NCBI GenBank assembly: GCA_964035545.1
Contig: OZ037768.1
Location: forward strand, 17,529,875 to 17,593,874
DNA length: 64,000 nucleotides
Direction: 5' to 3'
Origin: Bugula neritina
Lineage: Eukaryota; Animalia; Bryozoa
This document shows, one piece after another, positions 16,481-29,638 of the stretch (position 1 is its first letter; every line of letters begins with the position of its first letter). A program made the translations under genes and the position numbers. The notes under the pieces are model-generated. The model did not search any database, was not told the DNA's origin, and worked only from the letters and a program-made list of their open reading frames with translations.

Positions 16481-18236
16481 ATGCTTTGTTTCAATGAAAA
16501 ATCCTTCTTCCTTACAATATTTTAAAAGAAAACACCTGCAAGAAAATATACATTCATAACCTTATATTAACAGTTATTGAATATAAACTAAAAACTAGCA
16601 CATATAAATGAATTTACATTGTTTATAGTGCATAAGTTTGAAGTTGAGTATAAACTAATATAGCAAGCTTAAATTTTTTCACCAATACCATCAATAATGT
16701 TATTTGCTTCACAATACATTATTATTTTGAATTTACGAGTCAAAAAACAGCTAAATTGTTTAAAAAACTAAGATCTAAACTGTTTAACCAATAAAAAATT
16801 TAATGTTTTTCTTGGTTATTAAGTTAAAAACAAGGCCTAATATAATAAAAAATGATTTGCAGCAGTAGAATAATGATGAGTGGTAACATATCAATATATA
16901 CTACTATCATAAAATTTGAACTATACATGGTATAAATCATAACATTGATATGGCTGTTGTTAAGGATTTACTTTCAGCTATGAGTTGAGATCTTATAAGC
17001 ATGTGTTGTATCATGTGTTGTCCAAACAAACCTTTAATTTTAAAGTTACTTCTTTGTAGACTTGACAAGATAAACAATAAGACCATATGTACCTAAGGGC
17101 TGGACTAAACCCAAGACTGGAACCAAACCTATCTATCTACAGTCACAAGTTCCACCTTTTCTCAGCACAATTTATTTGTTTATTAAATTTAATTTATATC
17201 ATCTTAAATCTACCTATAACTAATATGTAATGCTGATATGCTATGCAACATGATCGAAAAAACTACCCAATGATTTTAGTGGTATATGAATTGGAGACTA
17301 TATATTGCAATAGAAGAAATCAAAAGGATCACCTAAGAAGCCTAAAACTTCCTGGTGGCCATTTGAATCATGAATACATGCCATCAAACAAAAATATCAC
17401 AAATGTTAACTGAAGTATAGCCATGTGTCAGAATTCAGATGCATGCCCACGATAAGCACAAGACTTCTGTAAACCTATAGTTTATATAAAATAATATGTA
17501 GGCTATAGTTTACACTTACTGCAGAATAACTTCTATTTGTATAAATTAAAGTGAACTAGTAACATATCAATCCCAATAGCTTGACTCAACTGTACACAAT
17601 CCACTGCACAAGGCAGTAAAAGCTTACACAAATGAGATAATGCGTATATATACTTGTGGACTATTGTATATAATTTGTTGAACAGAAGGGTTGTTTGTTC
17701 AAAAAAGCTTGTGGATAATAAAATCGATATAATGCAATGAATAGAATCAATACAAGTACACATTGGGCTGTTGTGCAGGCCAGTTTATACCTTCACAGCT
17801 AACTTGACACCTCCAATGTAGTTATATTGACTCTCTTATATTATACTAGCATGGATTTGTATTAATTGTCACTATCACAAGCTTTTTAAACAAATTAATT
17901 TACATTGTCAAGCTTTCCAAAACACATCGCTTTGTAAATTGTAAGTGCACAGGCTATTATGAGTATTATATCTTCAACGCAACATTAAGCTACGTTTTGT
18001 GAAACAAAATTCTTAAATATCATAATATTTAGTTCAATGCCAGCTAACAAATCTAATAATTTAAAGGTTTATAGAAGAATTACTCCACAGTGCAATACGA
18101 CACTTTTACGGGCATCAGTAACTCCGAAATGTACCAATTAATCACAAGTTGGTCATAATTAATAGCAAATGTCAAAAGTGGATTAAATTACAGAATTTTT
18201 TCACTGATTTATTCAAAGCTGTCGGTCATCAGAAGC

Positions 18237-18308
18237 GGCTTGTTGGTCTAGGGGTATGATTCTCGCTTTGGGTGCGAGAGGTCCCGGGTTCAAATCCCGG
18301 ACAAGCCC
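18237..18308 (+). tRNA. tRNA-Pro (TGG), second copy
   Basis: Identical to 11694-11765; T-run terminator follows. Confidence 0.97.
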
Positions 18309-19299
18309 AAATTTTTGGTTTTTTTAAAAAAATCTGCATGGACTAACTGAAGAGCACGGTCTAAGATACAAAAATCAATTCTACGAGAATTTAGTGTCGG
18401 TTTCATATAAGTCTTTTAAATATAAAGTGTTTAGCTACAAACAGGAAGTCCTTAGTGTACTTCATTATTGTTAAAGATCCTGCCTAACATAGAGCCAAAT
18501 TATTATGTCCAGCAAAAACTTGCTGCCGAAGTTACCATATGCACACAATACATTGCCAACGGAAACTCAACTCCAGTGAGCAATTGTGTTTGCCATTTCA
18601 TTATAAAATCTTGCTCTTGAAAATGAAATTTGAAAATGAGCATCGCTAAATAGTTATATTTAGCCAATTAAATCATTACCAATTTACAAAAACTTGTGCA
18701 GTATTTGTTTATATGGTCATAACATGCTCACAGCGTTTCGTAGTGTAGTTAAAATGAAGCTGTGGTATAGCAGCTATATATGAGGGATTTTAGCTTGAAT
18801 TTGTCATTATCATAAATCTAGTTCAAGTGACAATTAAAACTCTTATCAAAAATGGCCAAGGCTCTTTTAAAGATAAATAGTAAATAGAATGGTGCATGTG
18901 TAGAATATAATGTACAGTTATATGATAAAGATATTGTGATGCGTATGATATAGATTTAGTTTACCCAAATGGTTAAAATAACCTAAACTGTAGTGTCAAG
19001 ATGTCTTTAATCCAATTTCACTATTTCAAAATGTTATTCTGAGATATAATAATTTTGTATTATGTGTGTGTGTTTTATTTTCATCATAGAATAGTGTTTT
19101 ACAACTAGCATAAGTTACAAGAGCAGACAAACAATTAGAAAAGAAACATAGTAACAAATAACAGTATATAAAAAATAAAGCTGTCGGAAGTGATGATGGG
19201 GCCCAGTGCGAAATAGCATGGCTAGTGGTACGCTGGGCCCAAAGTTGGCATAACCATACAAGGCACCACAGATCACTCAACAGAGTGGAAGTGATGCCT

Positions 19300-20640
19300 C
19301 AATTCCGCTTTAGATTTATCAAGTGGCTGTATAATCTTTAAGAATTTAGGCAACTTATTCCACAATGCAGATATTACAAAATTGGAGGTGCGTTGACCAG
19401 CAAATGAGGAATAAAATGGAACAGGAAGAGATTGCAACTGATGACGAGTAGTATAGTGAGAGTGTGTTGAAAAGCTTCCTGAATATAGTAGATTTTAAGA
19501 GTTTTAATTAGCAGTTTGTACTTGTACAACTTGTCAACTGGTAAAATGTCTGATTTTCTGAACAGGTCTTTAGAATGGTATCCAAAAGGTGAATTATACC
19601 GACAATTTTCTTTTGAAATTTTATCACTCTATCAAGATGGACCCTGGATGCATTCCCCCATGATTCTATAGAGTACGTAGCACAGCCTGGAACATATAAG
19701 TGAATAGTATAACATAATCAAAAGTTTTTTAGGAGCATTTAAACGATAAAAAAGTCCTGAAATTGGTCGAAGATTTAATAATATTTTCTGAATGTGCAAT
19801 GACCGGTTTAAATTTCTATCAATTATCACACCTAAAAATTTTACTTCGTCAACTGCTGTTATTGGTTTGTCGTTTATTGTTAATTTTAAATCAAATTGGA
19901 ATTTATTTTGATATAGTTCTTAAAAGTAATGTAAGATGTTTTTTCATAATTAATTGTTAGCTTATTTATATCTGGCACTATTCCCATAGCCTTTTAAGAT
20001 CAAAAGAGATTTTCTCATATTCATTGTTTAAATTTTTTGATTTTAGAAGTAAGTTAATATCGTCAGCATATAACATTGGTGTTACATATTTTAAGGTTTT
20101 GCAAGGATTGTTGATATATATTAGAAACAAGGTGGGACCTAGCACAGATCCTTGGGGTACATCGCAAGTTATAGTTTGTGTATTGGATAGTGTATTGTTT
20201 ATTTTTGTGATTTGGGTTCTTTCCGTTAAATAATTATGCATCCATTTGATAGCAGATGAGCTAAAATTATATTTTTAAAGTTTATAAATTAAAATTTTAT
20301 GGTCTATAGTATCAAATGCTTTACTGAAATCAATAAATATGCCTATTACGGATTCACTTTTATCAAAAGATTCTAGAATTTTGTTTGTAAAGTTGGAAAT
20401 TGCGTCTGATGTACCCCTGTTATGTCTAAATCTAAACTGATTTTGAGCAAAGAGGTTATTGTTTCCTAAATGGGCCAGTATTTGTTGGTTTAATAATTTT
20501 TCCCATTACTTTGCTGAAGATGGGTATAATTGAAATAGGGTGATAATTTCCACATTCATTGATGGAACCTTTTTTATATAATGGTGAAACTTTAGCTATA
20601 CTTTTAATTGAGTTGGTATTTTTCCACAACCAATAAAATG
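19300..20640 (-). mobile_element. Degenerate CR1/Jockey-group LINE reverse transcriptase fragment
   Basis: Motifs IFIDFSKAFDTIDH, NYLTERTQ, VPQGSVLGPTLFLIYIN and YADD, with stops and frameshifts. Confidence 0.9.
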
Positions 20641-22297
20641 GTTAATAATTTTACATATTTATCTGCTCATTAGTTTTGGTACAAAGTCTAATGTCTAATT
20701 TGTAACTTTATGCTAAGTTTATACCAATTAGACTCAACATCAGTGACGGTACTGTTGCCATCCTCAAATCTAAGCATACTGGCAGTCACAAAAAAAACAA
20801 CAGCAGCTCCCTGGGATTGCATCACCATTTAGTAATTTTGTTAGTGCTGTGCGTTTTCAACAGAGTTTTTGGCTAAATATAATATATTACTGTCAAAATC
20901 AAAAACGAGTCTTCATATTGTAAATGTAGTGTAGCTTTGGTTACAAACATGTATATGCGTTTGAGAGTGAGAGTAAAACTTTCAACCAATCATGAACCAT
21001 AATGTGCCAAAGCTACAGCATTTTGTTTGAATTATATGAGAGAATCAGTTGCAAAGTTGGAATTAGTAACTTTAAAAACTGTGATGGGTTTTTGTTTCTA
21101 ATGAATAATTTATTAGTTTCAAATAATCATAAGTGTCAGATATTACAGCTCCCAAAAAGATATACAGTCATTTACTGCTGAAACTCAGACAAGCAAGAAT
21201 ACTACAGATTTTCAGCTGTTTTTAAAAGATTCTGATAATTTACTGAACAAAAAATATTTCAAAATAATTAATCAACCCTCAAGTAGAACAAATGGCTGTA
21301 ATATTTATTTCATGAGCAAGAGAAATATAATAATAAAAGAGGATAGCGGATTCAGAGGGTTATAGCATTTGTTTACTGTCCATACTCTTCTTTTTTACAT
21401 TACGCAGATCTATAAAAAATTTTCTAAAGAGAGAACTGCTAGGTTGTCATTTACTGTTTAAAAACACAACTGGTAAATAAAATTTTATTTTTTTTTTAGA
21501 TTTTTTTTAATTCCTTTACAAACCAATAAGATAATATTATTTCTACAATATCACAATAGCAGGATATATAATAACTTATAGTATAGTTTCAACAAAAAAG
21601 ATATGTAATAACGCTACATTTGAATAACTTTTTAAGAAGATTTGATTTTTTTTTATAAATCAAAACAATTAATTGTAAATTGAATATTTAGTCAATCATT
21701 ACATATAGCAAAAATATTTTCTATCATCAACAAGGTGAATGCAGCTTACTCAAGAAAGACGCACACTGTTTGAAAACTTTAATAATTTATGATAATATAA
21801 TTTTTCTTATATTTGAGTTCTGGGCATCGAGAGATCTTTCTAAAGAAACAAAAGCCAAAATTTTGTCTTTTACTGTTTAAAAAACATAATTGAATAAATA
21901 AAACTAAATTTTTTTCAAGATTTTTAGATTTTTTTTAAACTAAGAAAATTACCCCTACAAGTTTATTTTTTTCAAATTTAGCATTATGTTCCAATATTGA
22001 TCTCATTTAATTAGACACTGAGAATGGAAACTGCTTATATGTGAAACAATTGATGATTTGAAATTCTAAGAGTTAATTGACATTTTTCATATAGGTAATA
22101 GTTTCTACACTTGACATTGGTAAACTGTTTTTATGTTAATAACTATGCCTTGCTGCCTTGTCATTATTTGCTGAGTTAATAGAGACAGAGCTGCGAACAG
22201 AGATAAGTGATCTTTGTCTACTATATAGGATAGATTTTTTTCTTTAGAGGTGTGAGAGAACCAGGTGATGTCACTGGTCTCGGTATTTTAGAGTTCT

Positions 22298-24086
22298 TCA
22301 TTGAGTGAGCACTACCTACAGCAGCACAGAAATAAGTAAAGTTATTAAATATATTGTAGCTTAGCAGGCCAATAAACTTTTATAAATTTACTGTAAAATA
22401 CAATTATAATATATTTTTTAATTGTGCTTAATGTAAAGTGGTAAGAACAAAGTTTTTGGTTAAATTGCAATCAAAAATCACAGGGATGATATTTCTATAT
22501 ATTTGATTTTATACATGTATGGTAACAAGCAAAAATATTACAACTTGTTCTAACCTCTACTTTCTTGTCTACTGGTGTAGTATTTGTGGTTAAGGAGACA
22601 CTAGAGTTCATGGAGTCATCATCTCTGTCTCTTGACTCAGTTCCTGTGACTGACACACTCGTGTAGCTCGAATCTATACAAACATCTTTATCCTGGGCCG
22701 ATCTCTGCTTAAAAAACTGGTCAAGACCGGCAAGCATTGTCCTATTTCGGTCTCTTTTTTTGCTTTTCGCTTTACCAGTTGTGCTGCTGATTGTTGACGC
22801 TGGAATCGGTAGCCCTTGAGATGTTGGGTTGCCGATTGCTTTTGATGAACACTTGCCCTTCTGAAAATGGGCATCATCTAAAAGTTAAACATATTACTTT
22901 TATTCTCAAAATTTCCATTCAATGTTTTTATTTAAAGCAAAACAACTATCATGAAAATGCTTGCTTTGAATCCAAATACTAAAATTATTAAAAGGTATTT
23001 TTCAATAAAAATTCTTACTTTGAATGCCACTGGTTTGGAGATCCAAAGCAACATCTGTCTCTATGCTTCTGTTCAGAGTATATTGGACACTGGTTTCGGC
23101 TTCTTCATTTTGACCAGATAGTACGCTGGTTTGAGTTGTCCCATCCTGAGAGTATGGCACACTGGTCTGGGCTTCCCCATTCTGAACAGTTGGTATATTG
23201 GCTTGTGTGTTCCCATTTGCAGTAGATGTGGCAACTCCTTGACTGCCAATTTCACAGGTCTCATTTCTATTTTTTTGACTTGAAGCATCACAAACCACTT
23301 TGCTGTTTGTTTGAACGGCTATTTCACAAGTTTCCTTCACCACTGTTTGTGTGAAAGCTGTTGTAGTCTTTATGGATGGCTTTTCATTTTTGAGATTGAC
23401 ATCAGCTAAAAAATTAGAAAAGCTTTCAATGAGTAAAAAAGCATTGTTGTGCATGAACAGGTTCTACAAAGTGAAAAAAATTAAATACATCTTTGCATAG
23501 ACCTTTTGCTAAGTCCCATTTCTGATTATCAATTTTTCAAACGTTTTTTTTTTTATAATTTATAAATTTTCAACAATAATAGACTTCATTAATGAGAAAG
23601 TTAGATGAATTTTTTACAGTCTCATGCAATTATTATGCTATATTATGTTATAACATGCAACTAATAATGTCAGAATATGGTATATACAAATTAATTTAAT
23701 CACACATATTATAATATAAGAATATAACATCATATTACTACAACACATAAATACCACATGTGACATAATATTATATTGCACCAAATTATCTTCTATTATA
23801 CTGTATGATACTGCATTACATTATATTATATTATATATTATGTATTTTATTATATTCAAATAAATTATATTATATCACATTATGTTATACTAATTTACAA
23901 CACACATAATAACTCACTCTGACACCCAGTGTGAGTTCTTAGTGGACAGGAAGTCTCGGTGCTACGAGATGACATCCCAGACACCTTTGGATGGAAGTTG
24001 TCTGACACATTCTGTTTACGTCTTTTGACAGTCACCATTATTAGAGTAACAATAGTAAGAAACAGGATCTCTCTGATATAAGCCAT
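22298..24086 (-). CDS. Uncharacterised protein: N-terminal hydrophobic segment, then a Ser/Thr-rich tail with repeated QT/ET motifs
   Basis: Exons ~23918-24086, ~23019-23406, ~22555-22877 and 22298-22315 join in frame with canonical GT-AG sites. Probable UTR exons lie at ~24370-24450 and ~25037-25095. Confidence 0.6.
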
Positions 24087-25201
24087 TCTGAAATATAAAA
24101 CCCGGACAATTTCTATTTGTGTGGCAAAAAGGGAAGTGTTTTTGTTGGATTAAACTTTGCGTCTGGAAAAAGCACTTTTCTATAAAGATTGTTAAAATAA
24201 TTATTCCAACTTTTGCTAGTGAAATCCGCTTCTATAATAAAAAAAATGTTGCAAGCTAAAAGATAAATAATTTATCACCTTCTTGACTACTTTAGCTTCT
24301 TTAAAAAGAGGTAATTGTATAGAGCATAACCAGACGAAGTTTATAGTAGGAATTTATTCTCTACTTACCCATCAAACTGGAGATAGTCTAAGATAGTATT
24401 AGCCTGTGAGACTGTCGTTAGGATTAGCCTGAGACAATAACTCCAACATACTGTAAGGTTATACGTATCAGATTATATATTATTAAAACCTGCTTCTTAA
24501 CATACACATGCTAGCTGACTATAGCCCTTCATTCAACTCTAACTAATATTATTCAATAATGTATTGGTATTACTAACAACATCAGGAAATAACATTCAAA
24601 CAACTATAAGATAGTTTAAAACAGGATAATTCAAATAAAGATAGACAGACAGTTTGATAATGCATGTAAGTTTAGAAAGAACTTTATATTTAAACAAAAC
24701 AAAAACTAGAAAATTTACCTTCCAATGTATTTGGAATATGTGGAGGATCAACATCATAACTAAAATATTAACAAATAAATAATGTAGACAATTCCTAATT
24801 GGAAAAATTAGCAGTCTACAGAAATATGCTTTCATAAAGATTGAATTAAAAAAAACTACATGGCCATATTTTGGAGTATCCTATTTTACACCTATTTAAT
24901 ATATAAAACCATGCAACCTGTGAAATAACTGAGTCCTATAATATTGCATCAGAATAGTAGCTACTTCTGTTAAAAAGTTGTAAAAATTTATATAGCTTAT
25001 GCCGATGTACTTATATTTACAGTTAAAAGTACTTACAAATATCCTATAAACCTTTGCAGAACTGACTTGGGTTTTTCAACACGGAAACATTTATCTGTAA
25101 TTATAACAGAAAGGCATTAGTTTAAGTTATGGTAAAAGCTTTCAGTTTCTCATATGCATAGCATGTTCTATAAATAGAATTCTAGAAATGTCAACCAGAT
25201 T

Positions 25202-25285
25202 CATGCAGTTTGTCCTTTTTATATTTAATATAAATATTTTCTGCAGAAAATATTTATATTAAATATAAAAAGGACAAGCTGCATG
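25202..25285. repeat. 84-bp spacer-less palindrome centred on CTGCAG
   Basis: Two 42-bp arms with one mismatch (25209/25278). Confidence 0.92.
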
Positions 25286-25323
25286 TTACACTCTCTCAAT
25301 CTGTGCGTAAATAATATATACTA

Positions 25324-25781
25324 TATTATATTTATTATTGATAATATATTGGATATAATAAACTTATTTATTCATTTAAATGACTAAAAATCTGTTTCGT
25401 GTAGTATAAACTACGGTCATCAGGCCGTGGCGGTCGAGTGGTTTTGTTTTGGAATTTATATTGTTTGTGTATTGCTACGCGAGTTTCCTAATTGGCTTCT
25501 CTTTCCGTTTGTGTTTGCGCGTGCTAAAAGTTTATTACGGAATCTTAAAACAACCAGAGTCATCTTCCCTCAACAAACGAAAATATTTGCTTGCGCATTT
25601 AAGAGACGCCAATTAAGAAACTCGCGTAGCAATACACAAACAATATAAATTCCAAAACAAAACCACTCGACCGCAACGGCCCGATGACCGTAGTTTATAC
25701 TACACGAAACAGATTTGTAGTCATTTAAATGAGTAAATAAGTTTATTAATCCAATATAATATCAATACTAAATATAAATAC
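25324..25781. mobile_element. Long-TIR fold-back non-autonomous element, unclassified
   Basis: ~175-bp inverted arms (e.g. TCTGTTTCGTGTAGTATAAACTACGGTCATC / GATGACCGTAGTTTATACTACACGAAACAGA) around a ~100-bp core. Confidence 0.75.
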
Positions 25782-26555
25782 TCCATTTTTCGAAATATCG
25801 AGTTCTCTTAATTCAGTTTTTAATCATAGAAACTATATTTACTTTATATGTAGTTGTGACTCAATAGCTCTAGCTTAGCTATGGTATAGATTAGTACTAG
25901 AATGAATATTTACAAGTACTGTAGATACACGCATGACTACTGAAATTAGTATTATATTAACACACATCTGTAGAATCATACTTTGTAACAGTAACAATTT
26001 TAAACTATGGTAAGTATAACAAACGAGAGAAAATTTAAACTCCGAGTATATGGTTTTTATATTGAAAACTAGACTGGAAATATCATGCTTGCTGAGATAA
26101 GTAATTGCCTAAGTCACTCACATTAGTAAATATAAGTTATTATAACAATATTATAATGACTATGAAAAATCTACCATGGGTAGCATTAGCATATTTTGTA
26201 GTTGTTTAATGTTGTAGTATAATGAATATGTTGCTTACCCAGTTCTTCAAGGTTTAGTATACTGTTCAAAATACAGAACAGGTGAGTTAATAATACAGAG
26301 AAATCCATATTAATATTACATTTACATCAATATAGTCATATAGTAATACAGTACATGTTAAGATAAAATCTACTAGCTGTGTACACAAAACTGCTGCAAG
26401 TGAAGTGGGCAACAATGGCTTTTAAAATCAACATTGAGTTCAAGTTATTTACGTTAATCTTTAACAATAATATTATATTCATATATTTAAATTGTTGTAA
26501 AAATATCAAAACAATATATAAATATATACATATATACATATATACACACATATAT

Positions 26556-26558
26556 GTG

Positions 26559-26655
<97 letters not shown>

Positions 26656-26682
26656 GCACACACACACATATATATATATATG
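26556..26682. repeat. Compound (TG)n-(CGTG)n-(CA)n-(TA)n microsatellite
   Basis: Directly visible; explains the ARTH/RACV ORFs. Confidence 0.97.
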
Positions 26683-27031
26683 TTGTCAATAGAAAAATAC
26701 AAGGCATAATTTTAATAAATTTATATTTTTTCTATATGGTTAAACATTTTTAAATTAATAAGTTGATTTTGCATGTTTTATTTCTAGAAAAAATGCCAAT
26801 TGTTTTTTTAACTAGTCATTGGTAAAATATAAATATAAATTCCTTTAACTGATAAATTATTCAAGTTAAATGAAAGCACTGAGAAACTTGTTTACTCTTG
26901 CTTTCTTTCATTCAAATTATTATAAAAAATCATCATGCACATACAACACTTATTTTCCTGTTGGTTTGTTTTTTGATAATTGTTATTCATTCATTCATTC
27001 ATTCTACGTTATTTATACTTTGTTGTGTAGA

Positions 27032-29057
27032 GGTAACAGCGTTGAGAGCTCAGATTTCAAAGATGAAACAGTACTCTCTGGTGCAGGAGAAAATCATCCG
27101 TGAGAGACAGAGAGACGAGTATAATGAACTGGTTCAGAACTTGTTCCACGCCTCAGGCCTCTGTTTAGAATGTTTATGTAAAAATCTTTTATGTATCCCT
27201 CAGTTTTTGTAATTTCAAATCAAAGTGAATCTTATCCCTAATTGCTCTGTATGTTTTTTTCGATCAATCAAGTGTGCTACACGAAAAATAAATAAAGCAT
27301 ACAAAGTCGAAAGTTTTAAACATTTGGCCATTTTATTACAAGTTTATAAATAACTTTATCATTCTTTCACAAAATAAAAGAATTGGAAGAGAAAGAGAGA
27401 CAGATGCAGGAACTAGAAGTTGAGCAGGAGAAGAATTTAAAGTTACATCTGATCACTCAGGAGGAGACAAAGCAGGATGCTAATGTGATAAAGAAACAGC
27501 TGCTGCATGAGAGGTACACAGGCTATTTATAGTTCAACAGATGGTATAGTATAGTAGAACTAATTTATGAGTAGTTATATACAAGTCTAACTGTTTGTAT
27601 CTGATAGAACCACTCCGTGAGTAGTCGAGTACAAATGTTAATATATATGGTAGAAACTAAATTAATTATTATTCCTATTGAAAAAAATTATTCTTTATAT
27701 TCAATATATTGATACAAAATATAATAATCTTAGTTTTGCTGTGAACAAATTTTAATTAAGCTTTGCTGTTATTTGTTATAGTTTTGTTATGTAAATTTTT
27801 ATGCTATTTGTAATTGGCAATTTTTGATAACATACATATACGGGTAGATTTATTTTTTGTCGACATTTAAGGAATTTTTTATTTTCAAAGAACCTGAAAT
27901 TGGGAGCATTTCACCGAGTTGACGAGCTACAAGCACTGGTTTATGATTATGGTGCACTTATTACCCACAATGCACAGTCTGTACAAGCTCACACTGCCCT
28001 GGGTACCATAAAAAATGGAATTAATTTGTCTTGTAAGTTTCAACTAATCAATGCTAACGTAAGAATGAGTGACATATATATTGTTTACTACCATAATTGA
28101 TAATCTCATATATTTCAAACTTCTGGCACTGTTTCTATTGAATCCATATCATTTTAAGCGTAAAATAAACATTTACTTTGCAGTTGATATTTTGCCAGAA
28201 AACTAATGCTAATTTCAGCCTCAGTTGTTCAAATAATTACGCTTTAGTTTGCTTCTAACAAGATCATAACAGATAAAACTCTCTTTTGTTATGAATGCCA
28301 TAGCCAACTCAGAAGTGGTTATGTTAGTTGAAGCTATCTCCTGTTATATATTTAGCAATGCTGCCTAGCAGACCCGTGTCAGCCGTGAGGTCATCTTCTG
28401 CTGCTCCAATCAAAATTCGAGCTGCCATTTCACCAGCAATACATGGCATATTATCTGACACCGGTGTGGCCAACACATCTGTTGCTCTACAGAGATCACC
28501 TAAAATGGTGAGTGGACTTGTGCATTACTTGAAACTTTTCTGTGGTTGGGTAAAAGTTGCTAGTCAACGGGACTATAGTTCTGAATCGCATTCGAAAAGT
28601 AGTTCTAAGTAATAAACCTTATGGCTTTCCATTTTTCTAGAAATGAAATTTGTCATAAAAAGTATTAGTTGGTGAGCAGTCTGAGATGTTTAGAGTTGTA
28701 TGCCCCTGTTTTAAAATTGCAAGTTAAATTTACAATCATGAGATTATAATGTTGGAAAGTAACCTCCATCTTATTCCAGCGTATTTGCTTATAATAGTAA
28801 TGTTTGACTAATTATGCAATCTGGAGTGTTTGGAGTTGCATGCCCTTGTTATAAACTTCCATCTTTAGCTTAATTTCTACATATTATCTTATCCCAGTTT
28901 ATTGGTTTATAATGATATTTTAATTATACAAACAACTGGTCCACTGACAAGGAGGCGAATTGCTGAACAATTTCTCAATGACCTTGAGAAAAGCCCTCAG
29001 GAAACATATGAAACTGTTCAAAAGTTGCACACGAAAAACATGACCTTCATGACATAA
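27032..29057 (+). pseudogene. Degraded 3' exons of a coiled-coil gene (CCDC162-like C-terminus, tentative)
   Basis: Exon-like blocks VTALRAQISKMKQYSLVQEKIIRERQRDEYNELVQNLF, ELEEKERQMQELEVEQEKNLKL..KKQLLHER, NLKLGAFHRVDELQALVYDY, MLPSRPVSA.., RRRIAEQFLNDLE. Several splice sites are missing or mutated and I found no 5' coding exons. Confidence 0.45.
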
Positions 29058-29638
29058 AGCAGTTTCCCCTTTATGACATCAAAACAACTACAGCAGAATT
29101 CTTCATGACATCACAAAGATCAGAGCTATTTGATTTGCATGACTTTTAGAGTAGAAGTTTTTACTACACCATTTGGCTGCAACCTTACAGATACAATGGC
29201 TCAGAAATAGTATATGTTTATCATATTTATTAATTTATTTATTAATGAACTATTTATTAAAAATATACGCATATAACAATCATCATAGCTGGATATATGA
29301 TAATATTTAGGCCTACTAGTAGTGTAGTTTTACGAATGCAAAACAAAAAATAACACATATATGTGAGCAGATATGGTAATACAAGTGTAATACAAGCTTC
29401 ATTTTCTGTTATGTAACTGAGGGTTCATTCACAGACTGTAGACTTTGTAAAAGTTTGGCACGTTAGATTGACTTCTAGCTTGGTAAAGCTCAACTTTTCA
29501 GTTTGGCTTCAGTTACAATTTATAGACGGGTTACAGAAATAACTAAAGTTTTGTCAGGAGAGATTTCTAGTTAATATAGTACAGTAAAACAGTTCAAGGT
29601 TGTGATATCCCATCCATTCCATAGTACCGATACATTCA

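Noticed and set aside
21395-21945. Diverged ~120-bp direct duplication with minus-strand acceptor-like sites
   Set aside because: Could be duplicated terminal or UTR exons, but I could not link them in frame to the upstream gene.
26336-26753. ARTH/RACV ORFs, and the IYIY ORF at 13290-13562
   Set aside because: Microsatellite translations.
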